From an uncultured candidate division Zixibacteria bacterium (lineage in GTDB: Bacteria > Zixibacteria > MSB-5A5 > RBG-16-43-9), in contig OY970208.1 of NCBI GenBank assembly GCA_963713865.1, positions 1,920,001 to 1,984,000 of the forward strand: DNA of 64,000 bases. The letters are read 5' to 3'. The notes under the pieces are model-generated. The model was not told where the DNA came from. It saw only the letters and a program-made list of their open reading frames with translations, and did no database searches. The translations under genes were made by a program, and so were the position numbers. How positions within the stretch are numbered: position 1 is the stretch's first letter; each line of letters starts with the position of its first letter. Positions 40,542 through 48,855 of this stretch are shown here, piece by piece.

Positions 40542-40903
40542 TCATGCAGTCCGAGTTTTTACCCTGGCAATCTCTACTAATTTTTCAAAAGCCTTCAAAT
40601 CTTTCACTGCAATCTCTGAAAGGATTTTCCTGTCCAGTATAATCCCGGCTTTCTTCAAACCGTTTATAAAGGCTCCATAAGTCAAACCAAAAAGTCTGGC
40701 TGCTGCATTAATTCTGCTAATCCAGAGTCCGCGTAAATCCCTCTTTTTGGTCCTCCTATCCCGGTAAGCATAGACTCTCGCCCTTGCTACCGCTTCTTTA
40801 GCAGTACGAATCAACTTGCTACGTCCCCCATAAAATCCCCTGGCTTCTTTAAGTATCTTTTTCTTTCTTCTCTTGGATGCAACCGGTAGGTAGCTCTGGG
40901 CAT
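40542..40903 (-). CDS. rplT: 50S ribosomal protein L20 (1-nt deletion near 40885; true start 40903)
   Basis: ATG CCC AGA GCT ACC TA CCG GTT GCA...: adding one base gives [39 protein letters not shown]...WISRINAA. Confidence 0.95.
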
Positions 40904-40950
40904 CTTCTTTTCCTCCTGTTTATTTCAATTTGTTAAATAAATTTAACCTC

Positions 40951-41145
40951 TCAAGTGGAGATTATCCTCTTAATTCTTGCCTGATCGGCCTTACTCACCA
41001 AAACCCTTTTTCTTAATCCCCTCTTCCGCTTGGAGGTTTTACTGGTAAGGATATGGCTTTTAAAGGCTTTGCTTCTTTTGATTTTACCCTTACTAGTAAG
41101 CTTAAATCTTTTTCTGGCACTCCTTGATGTTTTTATTTTGGGCAT
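40951..41145 (-). CDS. rpmI: 50S ribosomal protein L35
   Basis: MPKIKT...KRFKLT...HILTSK. Confidence 0.97.
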   Translation of the reverse strand: MPKIKTSRSARKRFKLTSKGKIKRSKAFKSHILTSKTSKRKRGLRKRVLVSKADQARIKRIIST

Positions 41146-41175
41146 TCTCTAAATCTCTTTTTAAAAGTTTTTACA

Positions 41176-41688
41176 TTATCCTTTGGGCATGAAAGTTAGA
41201 GAAAGGTTCCGACCTTCGAACTTAGCCTTTTGTTCAATCATCCCCAAATCTTTCAGATCTTCCTCCAATCTCTGGATGACCTTCTGACCTAATTCTTGAT
41301 GAGCCATTTCTCTACCTCGAAATTCCACAAAAATTTTCACCTTGTTCCCTTTTTCCAAGAACTCCCGTATATGTCTGAGTTTAAACTGATAATCATGTTC
41401 CTCGATCTTGGGTCTCAGTCTCATCTCTTTCATATGAATGACATGCTGTTTCTTTTTGGCACTTTTTACCTTCTTGCTCAGCTCGTATTTATATTTTCCA
41501 TAATCCATAATTTTGCACACTGGTGGCTTAGCTGAAGGCGAGATCTCAACAAGGTCATACCCCTTATCTATTGCCATTTTCAATGCTTCGCGGGTAGGAA
41601 CTATCCCGATTTGTTCTCCAGTGTTATCAATAAGCCTGACCTGGGGAACCCTTATTCTCTCGTTCACCCGAATGTATTTCTCTGCTAT
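41176..41688 (-). CDS. infC: Translation initiation factor IF-3 (probable ATA start)
   Basis: VNERIR, PPVCKIMDYGK, FRGREM; AGGAGGTG RBS 6 nt before ATA at 41688, consistent with the known non-canonical infC start. Confidence 0.96.
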   Translation of the reverse strand: MAEKYIRVNERIRVPQVRLIDNTGEQIGIVPTREALKMAIDKGYDLVEISPSAKPPVCKIMDYGKYKYELSKKVKSAKKKQHVIHMKEMRLRPKIEEHDYQFKLRHIREFLEKGNKVKIFVEFRGREMAHQELGQKVIQRLEEDLKDLGMIEQKAKFEGRNLSLTFMPKG

Positions 41689-41708
41689 ACTTCTCACCTC
41701 CTCTTCTG

Positions 41709-43608
41709 TTATTTCTTAGAATCTACTTCTTGTAAAATTTTTGCTATTATCTCTTCTAACCCGAACTCACCTAAATCACCTGAACCGTGCCTGCGAACAG
41801 AAACCGTTTTATTTTCAAGTTCTTTTTTACCCAGGATGAACATGTAAGGTATTTTTTCTAACTCAGCTTCCCTGATCTTATAATTTATCTTTTCATTTCT
41901 ATCGTCTAATTTAACCCTTAGTTCTTTTTGTTCTAATTCTTTCTTTAACTCCTGAGCATGCGAAAGCTGGTCAGAAGTGATGGGAAGAATGGCAATCTGA
42001 ACCGGTGAAAGCCATAGCGGAAATGCACCTGCATAATGTTCTATCAAAAGACCAAAAAATCGCTCTAATGCTCCCAGGAGTGCACGATGGATCATTATAG
42101 GTCTCTGAAAAGACCCATCTTTCCCTACAAAACGCAGATCGAATCTCTCTGGTAGATTGAAATCGAACTGCAGGGTAGTGCATTGCCAGGGTGGTCTGCC
42201 AAAAAGATCTTTTATCTTCAGGTCGATCTTGGGACCATAAAAAGCACCTCCACCCTCATCTACTTTAAATGGAAGATCGTGCTTTACAAGAGCTTGCCTC
42301 AAAGCTTCCGTGGCTTTCTCCCAGGTAGAAGGGTCACCGATATATTTTTCCGGACGTGTAGCTAAGTATATCTCATATTCATTTAAACCAAAAGACCTGA
42401 GGAAAAACAGGGTGAAATCCAAAAGCTTTAAAATCTCTTCCTCTAATTGCTCTAACTGGCAGAATATATGAGCATCGTCCTGGGTGAATCCTCTCACTCT
42501 CAAAAGCCCGTGTAAAACACCTGAACGCTCGTATCTATAAACCGTGCCTAACTCAGCCCATTTAATAGGTAGTTCCTTATAACTCCTCAGCTTCGATTTG
42601 TAAACTAATATATGAAAAGGGCAATTCATCGGTTTAAGCTCATATTCTTCTTCCTCGATTTTCATCGGAGAATACATATATTCTGAATAGAAACCAGTAT
42701 GCCCGCTTTTCTTCCAGAGATCCAGTTTAGCTATGTGAGGAGTATATAAAAGCTCATAACCAGCCTTATAGTGTTCTTTTACCCAGAAATTCTCAATTAA
42801 CCTGCGGATCAAAGCTCCCTTAGGAAGCCAGAAAACCAGCCCTCCTCCGGCTTCTTCGTAAATATCAAAAAGTTCTAACTCGCGACCTAATTTTCTGTGA
42901 TCCCTTCTCTTAGCTTCTTCTAAATTTTTTAAATACTCATCCAATTTCCCCGGGCTGGGGAACGAAATTCCGTAAATCCTCTGAAGCATTGGATTCTTTT
43001 CGCTTCCCTTCCAGTAAGCACCTGCTATCTGCAGGAGTTTAAAAGCCTTGATCTTACCTGAAGAAGGAATATGAGGACCTCGGCAGAGATCTATAAAATC
43101 CCCTTGTCTGTAAATCGTAACCTTATCGCTATCCAGTTCGCTGATCAATTCTATTTTATAAATCTCACCTTTTTCCTTGAATAATTTCAAAGCATCGTTT
43201 TTAGTTAGCTCTTCCCTTTCAAAGAGAAGGTCATCTTTAATGATCTCCAGCATCTTTTTCTCAATCTTTTTCAGATCCTCCGGGGTAAAGGGCTCTTTCT
43301 TATCGAAATCATAATAAAACCCCTCTTCTATAGCCGGACCAATTCCTAATTTAGTATCAGGGAAAAGGTCCTGAACTGCCTGAGCCATAATATGCGAGGT
43401 GCTGTGCCAGTAAATTTTTTGACCTTCAGGATCCTCAAAAGTCAAGAGTTTTAAATCCTTGGATGATTCATATCCCGAGATTGTGGCAAGGTCTTTAAGC
43501 TCTCCCTTTACTTTGGCAATTAAATATTTTTCTATCTCACCTTCATTTACCAGAACCTGCTCTGGCAATTCTCTTTAAATCCTCGATTAGTTTTTCCCTT
43601 ATTCCCAC
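41709..43608 (-). CDS. thrS: Threonine--tRNA ligase (extra base at 43550-43556; likely GTG start 43608)
   Basis: DLCRGPH, RDHRKLG, KPMNCP, RVRGFTQDDAH; upstream frame MGIREKLIEDLKRIARAG with AAGGAG RBS joins LVNEGEIEKY after removing one T. Confidence 0.96.
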
Positions 43609-43720
43609 TTCTTTCTCCTTAAAGAGTCAATAAAAAATTACCCCACTTCCGGGGTTTCCTGCTCCTTAGTATTATATTATGCTACGAACTGTGAACCATC
43701 AACTATTTACTTTTTTGTTA

Positions 43721-43797
43721 TGGTGGGCGATACTGGGATCGAACCAGTGACCTCTTGCATGTCAAGCAAGCACTCTAACCAACTGAGCTAATCGCCC
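43721..43797 (-). tRNA. tRNA-Val(GAC) with encoded CCA
   Basis: GGGCGAT/ATCGCCC acceptor, anticodon arm CTTGC-TT GAC AT-GCAAG, GGTTCGAT T-loop, ACCA end. Confidence 0.97.
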
Positions 43798-43821
43798 TTA
43801 TCAAATTACATCTATCTTAAT

Positions 43822-43873
43822 GTGACCTTCCCGCATATCTGCGGGACACTCTAACCAACTGAGCTAATCGCCC
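43822..43873 (-). pseudogene. Partial tRNA-Val copy with the anticodon arm replaced by a palindrome
   Basis: First 27 nt identical to tRNA-Val, then TCCCGCA-GATA-TGCGGGA, then AGGTCAC; T-arm and 3' acceptor strand absent. Confidence 0.85.
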
Positions 43874-44064
43874 GTTAAATACAGTTTAAGAGTTTAAAAG
43901 TTTAGGTGTTTATGTCTTATTATCCCTTGAACTTTTAAACCTTTGAACATCTGAACCACTCTTTAACCTTCCCGCATGCCTGCGGGACGCTAAGGTCATA
44001 AAAATAACTATATTTAAAACATCTGAATTGTTTAAAAACTGAACACTCTTTCTAACAAGATGGC

Positions 44065-44093
44065 AATATAAATTTAACCTCAATCTCTGTCAA
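44065..44093 (-). promoter_or_regulatory. Sigma70-type promoter upstream of the tRNA-Val/thrS region
   Basis: TTGACA-N17-TATATT. Confidence 0.65.
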
Positions 44094-44232
44094 GTGAAAT
44101 AAAGTCTCTAATTTTATATCGGAAAAATCAAGACTGGATTGAATAATTCCTGCTTACTTTAAACTTAATCATTTTATTAAAGCCTATGACCCGGGAGAAA
44201 TAAGGCAGTTCATAAGATAGGTGGAGATGAAT

Positions 44233-45069
44233 TCAATGAGATATATTTTCTACTTTAGCCAGCCTCAAAAAAACCTCGGACTTGTAAAATTCATCTTTCA
44301 GCAGTGAAAGATAGTATGGGGTTTTATCTTTTTCCAACCCGAGAACATCCCAGCAATCGTCATCCAAACTAAAGCTGCAGGTAGTCTCTTGGTCTGTTTC
44401 TAGAAGACAGCTGAGATAGTCCGCTAGATGGACTATTATGACTGCTTCTTTATTGGAGTTAGCTTTCATTGGCTGATGATGAAATCGTATCACTTGATAA
44501 AATTCTGCAGGAAGATCAAAATTAGATACAAATTCTGCTCCAATCTGGGTATGGTCGACTTCTTTCAGGGATGAGCTATTTTCTAAAATAGTGTTCTTCT
44601 CAGTACTACTCTGGTTTTCTTCGGGAAGGTGAAGATAGGAAAAGATAACCAGTTTACCCAGATCATGCATAAGTCCGAGTGTGAAAAGGATATCTAATTT
44701 CAAGGGTTTATTAGGATAAAGATACCGTCCTATAATTCTTGAAGCACAGGCACAGGTTAAAGAATGACGATATAGTTCCTCCTGATATTCCTGTTCTTCG
44801 GAAATTACATGTGCGGATAAGACTAATTTTATAGCCCTCTCTATTCCTAAAATAGGTAAAGCTTGTTTAACGCTGATCAGCTTTTCGGAATCTCCAAAAT
44901 ATGATAAATCAGCCAGCTTCAAAGCTTGAAATGATAAAGCCGGATCTTCGGAGATCAGAGAAACAATGTCATAAATGGAACTGTAAGGATCGGTTATCAA
45001 GTGAACAAGTTCCTGGAAAACAAGCTTGGGAGTGGGCAGATTATCACTTATTTTGCTAAACTGTATCAT
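44233..45069 (-). CDS. HDOD domain protein
   Basis: LPTP, DPALSFQALKLA, GLMHDLGKL, DHTQIGA...FHHQP. Confidence 0.9.
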   Translation of the reverse strand: MIQFSKISDNLPTPKLVFQELVHLITDPYSSIYDIVSLISEDPALSFQALKLADLSYFGDSEKLISVKQALPILGIERAIKLVLSAHVISEEQEYQEELYRHSLTCACASRIIGRYLYPNKPLKLDILFTLGLMHDLGKLVIFSYLHLPEENQSSTEKNTILENSSSLKEVDHTQIGAEFVSNFDLPAEFYQVIRFHHQPMKANSNKEAVIIVHLADYLSCLLETDQETTCSFSLDDDCWDVLGLEKDKTPYYLSLLKDEFYKSEVFLRLAKVENISH

Positions 45070-45146
45070 AGTTCACTTTTCAAGCCAAAGTGATTTTTCC
45101 ATCTTATAATATTTTACTGGGGGGCTTAAAAGTAAAAAAAGGGGGA

Positions 45147-45584
45147 CTATATCAAGATATCTATGATCCTCTCAGCTACTTTAGAATAAACCTTTGCCCG
45201 GGAATAATAACCTTGAGCCAGCTTGATCTTTGCCTCTTTTATTTTCTCTTCACGAATATCTAAAGTCGAAGCTGGTGTTTTACCGGTATCGATATGGGTT
45301 AGGTTTGAGGGCATAAACCTTCTGGGGTTTTTTAGGTTATCGAAATTTCTGTTTTCAGTCTTTTGTTTGGAACAACTGAATTTCAGTTTATTTACATTGG
45401 TTAGATTATTTGCTTTATCCGTCTCATTGCGAATCTGATTGGTGTTGGATTTTGGCTGTAAGTCCCTGACATTTCTGGTCTTACGCTGATCGTCCTCTTT
45501 ACGGGATAAAGCTTTTGAGCTTGAAATATCCTTTCCTTTAACCGGGTTAATCTTAAAGTTCAGACCTATTTTGTGAGCCTTCAT
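45147..45584 (-). CDS. flgM: FlgM-like anti-sigma28 factor with long low-complexity N-terminus
   Basis: C-terminal DIREEKIKEAKIKLAQGYY...KVAERII; sigma28 promoter upstream. Confidence 0.7.
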   Translation of the reverse strand: MKAHKIGLNFKINPVKGKDISSSKALSRKEDDQRKTRNVRDLQPKSNTNQIRNETDKANNLTNVNKLKFSCSKQKTENRNFDNLKNPRRFMPSNLTHIDTGKTPASTLDIREEKIKEAKIKLAQGYYSRAKVYSKVAERIIDILI

Positions 45585-45605
45585 TTTCTTTTACCTCTAT
45601 TATAA

Positions 45606-45632
45606 TTATCGTCTCTGAACTTTAAAACTTAA
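45606..45632 (-). promoter_or_regulatory. Sigma28-type promoter of the flgM-like gene
   Basis: TTAAGTTT-N11-GACGATAA versus consensus TAAAGTTT-N11-GCCGATAA. Confidence 0.7.
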
Positions 45633-45706
45633 ATTTAATTTTATCTACGAAAAAATACGTAATACCATACGTCTCTACAGCTTGAGGATATATCCCTTCT
45701 TTTTTC

Positions 45707-46171
45707 TTAAGAAGGTTTAAATTTATTATTTTGCCTTCTACCTTCAGACCGGCTGAAAATAAAATGTTGAATTTTGTATCCTGTGTCCTTAAGCACAACC
45801 TGTTTTCCTAATTTCTTTTTCAGATTGATTACGATGGGAGCCAGTAGATTCACATGACAGTCTTTCATATCAGGAGGAAAGGTGACTATTACAAAAACTT
45901 TCTCGCTTTTCGAGTCAATTGCCTTTATATCCTCGAGCTCATCTGGATTTATGTGTGGTTTATAATCCTGAAATAAAAAGGAAGAGTCGACCAGAACAAA
46001 AGCTAAGTCAGGTTTCTCCACAGACTGCAGCCATATAAAAGGCTCATCCTCTTTCTGTCTCAGAAAAATAAATTTCTTTTCAGCTGGGAACCCGTAAATT
46101 CCCTTGCGGAAATGGTAAACTTCGCTGGAGGAGAAAGAAACTTTTCCAAACCGTGAAGTTGTAATCTCCAT
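45707..46171 (-). CDS. fliW: Flagellar assembly factor FliW
   Basis: TSRFG, GIYGF, WLQS, VNLLAPIVIN, GKQVVL. Confidence 0.92.
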   Translation of the reverse strand: MEITTSRFGKVSFSSSEVYHFRKGIYGFPAEKKFIFLRQKEDEPFIWLQSVEKPDLAFVLVDSSFLFQDYKPHINPDELEDIKAIDSKSEKVFVIVTFPPDMKDCHVNLLAPIVINLKKKLGKQVVLKDTGYKIQHFIFSRSEGRRQNNKFKPS

Positions 46172-46485
46172 TTGCCCCCCTTTTTAAAATCATTATTTAT
46201 GGGGGCTAATTCTCCTCAAAGTAAACAAAGCTGGTATCTACTACTTCTGAAGAAAAAGGAGATCTAAGATTTGGATCCTTATTTGTCTTAGAGCATGATT
46301 TTTCTTTTTCCCTCTTGAACAGGGAATCAGCTTTCTTATGAGTTTGAAGATTAATTTTATTTTGTTTTTTGAAGATCATATTATTTTAAACTGAAATTTT
46401 TCTTTAAAGGTTTAAATAAGAAATAATTCTCTTTATATTGAACTATCGTAAATCGAAATGACCGGATGGAAAGAATAAGAAAAGT

Positions 46486-46755
46486 TTACTCCGGTTCATC
46501 CAGCTTTTTCCTGGGCTTCTCTTTTAATTTCTCTCTAACCACTTTAGCCATCTGGGTTACTTCCTCTTTGCCTACCTGGGCCGCTTTCTTGTTCTCTTCT
46601 TGTATCTTAAAATAGACCTCCTCCCGGTGAACAACCACCTTCTGAGGTGCTATAACTCCCAATCTTACTTGCCTTCCATGGATACCTAAGACTGTTATCT
46701 TGATGTCGTCACCAATAGTAATACTCTCTCCTAATTTTCGGGTAAGAATTAACAT
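46486..46755 (-). CDS. csrA: Carbon storage regulator CsrA
   Basis: [18 protein letters not shown]...VRLGVIAP...VHREEVY with the C-terminal EENKKAA extension typical of FliW-regulated CsrA. Confidence 0.96.
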   Translation of the reverse strand: MLILTRKLGESITIGDDIKITVLGIHGRQVRLGVIAPQKVVVHREEVYFKIQEENKKAAQVGKEEVTQMAKVVREKLKEKPRKKLDEPE

Positions 46756-46788
46756 CTTTATCTCTCCTGTTTAACGGTAACCTCCCAT

Positions 46789-47100
46789 TTAACCCAAACG
46801 GGGAAAAAAGACGGAAGAAAAGTTCTTGATCTCTTGTTTGAGATGAATAGCTTCTTCACATATAAGCCGCTTTTGAATCAAATTTATAAGCTCTTTATCC
46901 TTATCTCCGTTTATAAAAATATTACCGTTTAACCTTATCTTGGTAAAAGCAGTATTTTTTGTGTCAGGGGTTAATTTAAGATCCTCTGCTACGGAGAGCT
47001 TCTCACTTTTTTCGATTGAGCTGTGGGGCAAAGCTCCCCTTGCTTTTAAAAGAGAATTAATTTTTTTAAGCCCTCTAATCCCTGAGAGAATATCCGACAT
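46789..47100 (-). CDS. Hypothetical protein at the usual flgK-flgL position
   Basis: 103-aa ORF between flgN and csrA; no recognisable motif. Confidence 0.35.
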   Translation of the reverse strand: MSDILSGIRGLKKINSLLKARGALPHSSIEKSEKLSVAEDLKLTPDTKNTAFTKIRLNGNIFINGDKDKELINLIQKRLICEEAIHLKQEIKNFSSVFFPRLG

Positions 47101-47121
47101 AAAACTAATTTTCCAAAATAT

Positions 47122-47619
47122 TTATCCTGCTTTATTTAAGACCAGAGAAGGTTTAACCTTACCTGGATTATTCGAAGGTTCTTTCAAATAAGAGGTTGGG
47201 GAGTCATCCATCAAAAAAATTATATCGCGGTCGATATATCCCATTGACTCTTTTATCAGCTCTTCGTTTTTATCCCTTTGTGCTTCAACCTTTCGATGCA
47301 ATTCCAGTAAAGTCTTCTGGAGCTCCTCCAGTTTGGAAGAATAAGAGCTATCTAACAACTGGATCAATTTGGAAAGGGAGGTTCTTTCCTGATTGAAATT
47401 GACACCAGCCGAAAGCCAGGCCGTCATCTCCATCCTCTCTTTTTCTAACTGCTTGGCTCGAAGGATAGCCTGCTCCTGTTTATGAATGGATTCCTGCAGT
47501 TGATCAAAACGGTTGTTTATCAAACACTCCTCTTCTTCGGTTAGAAGCCACAGAAAATTTTCTAAAGAATCCACCTCTTTTTGAATTAGCTCAATCAAGC
47601 TAATAACATCTTTTTCCAA
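47122..47619 (-). CDS. flgN: FlgN-like flagellar export chaperone
   Basis: Helical pattern L..EEECLI...LEKERM...NEELIKESM..I; GGAGG RBS with TTG start; sigma28 promoter. Confidence 0.75.
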   Translation of the reverse strand: MEKDVISLIELIQKEVDSLENFLWLLTEEEECLINNRFDQLQESIHKQEQAILRAKQLEKERMEMTAWLSAGVNFNQERTSLSKLIQLLDSSYSSKLEELQKTLLELHRKVEAQRDKNEELIKESMGYIDRDIIFLMDDSPTSYLKEPSNNPGKVKPSLVLNKAG

Positions 47620-47653
47620 TTAACCTCCCTTTTAAAGCACCCCTACGCTATTT

Positions 47654-47680
47654 TAATCGGCAGATCTATCCAAGAGTTTA
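47654..47680 (-). promoter_or_regulatory. Sigma28-type promoter of flgN-csrA
   Basis: TAAA-N15-GCCGATTA. Confidence 0.75.
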
Positions 47681-47818
47681 ACCTTCTGATACTATATAGA
47701 CTGTTTCAGATTTAAACTGGCGATACTCTTGCTCAGGCTCTGCAGATTTAAGACCATAAGGGAGGAGCAAAGCTACGAGAATAATTAATATTATCATGAC
47801 AAACATCGATCTGGACAT
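47678..47818 (-). CDS. 46-aa peptide with hydrophobic N-terminus (signal/TM)
   Basis: MSRSMFVMIILIILVALLLPYGLKSAEPEQEYRQFKSETVYIVSEG*; GAGGAGGG upstream; directly behind a sigma54 promoter. Confidence 0.55.
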   Translation of the reverse strand: MSRSMFVMIILIILVALLLPYGLKSAEPEQEYRQFKSETVYIVSEG

Positions 47819-47849
47819 AACCCTCCTCATTAAATCTATTTATTTTTTA

Positions 47850-47864
47850 GCAATTTATATGCCC
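47850..47864 (-). promoter_or_regulatory. Sigma54-type promoter
   Basis: GGGCAT-ATAAA-TTGC (GG-N10-GC); IHF-like ATTCAACGAGTTG at 47900-47912. Confidence 0.7.
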
Positions 47865-48040
47865 CTTTTTAAAGATTACTACTTTGCGGGCTTGATTTCC
47901 AACTCGTTGAATCCCAAAATATTACACCTGACTTAGGGTCTATTTAAAAATCTATCCGACTTTCAAATCTTATCGGGGTTAAAATCTTAGAATTTTCTTC
48001 CTTTTTTATGAATTATTTTCCTTTGAGGACAACTCCTTAT

Positions 48041-48496
48041 TCAAACCAACTTATTATCGATAGAGATTGACTTGAGCCTTTTCATAATCAAAAGGATTCT
48101 TTGACTTTCTCCCAATATCCTCTCCAGATATTCTTCGATCTTCTCCTCAATCACCTTATTTCTCTGGAACTCTATTTCTCCATATTGATTGATAGAGTAA
48201 ACCCCACCCACTTCCATTCTCACTAACTTTATAAGTTTAGTTATTTCAGTAGTAGCCTTAGAGGCCTGATTAACCAAATCCAGTACGTCTTCTGTAATCT
48301 TGGCTGGTAGATAGTTTTTTGCCCGGGCAGTAGCTGAGGCTAAGTTTAAAGCTACTTCCTTAACCTGTTCCGTGAAATTCTCCATAGAGTTAAGAACCTC
48401 TTCTATTTCAACTAAAGAGCTTCCCTCCTTTTCTGCTGATCCGTTCTCGGATACCTTCTCTGCAGAGAAAGAACCTTCTTTATTTTTTTCGTTCAT
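48041..48496 (-). CDS. Helical protein with a degenerate MCP signalling-like motif
   Basis: VALNLASATARA resembles the MCP hairpin LALNAAIEAARA; ATGA overlap with the upstream response regulator. Confidence 0.45.
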   Translation of the reverse strand: MNEKNKEGSFSAEKVSENGSAEKEGSSLVEIEEVLNSMENFTEQVKEVALNLASATARAKNYLPAKITEDVLDLVNQASKATTEITKLIKLVRMEVGGVYSINQYGEIEFQRNKVIEEKIEEYLERILGESQRILLIMKRLKSISIDNKLV

Positions 48497-48855
48497 CTCA
48501 TACCTCTTAGCAAATCCCGAATCTTTTCTTTGAGCTCATCCAGGTTAGAGGACTTAACCAGGTATGCATCTGCTAACCAAGTTTGAAAATTATTCTTATA
48601 AGTTGAATAAGCTGAATTCAAAATCACCGGCAGGTTTTTATTCTGTCTCTTTAACAAGGATAAAGTTTCCAAACCATTTTCTTCTCCGTTAAGTTTTATA
48701 TCCAGAATAACTAAATTTATCTTTTCTTTGTCAGTTATCTCTAAGGCTTGAGTAACATCCCGGGCTAACTTAACCTCATACCCTTCATCCGCCAGCTCTT
48801 TTTGATAAAGGTCCAGAATATGCTCTTCATCATCAACTATGAGGATGCTTTTCAT
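48493..48855 (-). CDS. Single-domain response regulator
   Basis: ILIVDDE, LVILDI, NSAY, YLVK. Confidence 0.92.
   Translation of the reverse strand: MKSILIVDDEEHILDLYQKELADEGYEVKLARDVTQALEITDKEKINLVILDIKLNGEENGLETLSLLKRQNKNLPVILNSAYSTYKNNFQTWLADAYLVKSSNLDELKEKIRDLLRGMR

Noticed and set aside
2991-43608. asnS, thrS, rplT and the M16 peptidase as pseudogenes or programmed frameshifts
   Set aside because: Both halves are conserved, no slippery sites are seen and the same indel context recurs, so sequencing error is more parsimonious.
43609-43720. Possible T-box or tRNA-mimic leader for thrS
   Set aside because: Only a small CCCC/GGGG hairpin is present, with no T-box consensus and too little space.
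43822-43873. tRNA fragment as the att site of an integrated element
   Set aside because: It is a 5' copy only 24 bp from the tRNA with an altered arm, and there is no integrase or cargo between them.
46206-46379. 57-codon ORF between csrA and fliW
   Set aside because: No clear RBS or motif in an AT-rich stretch.
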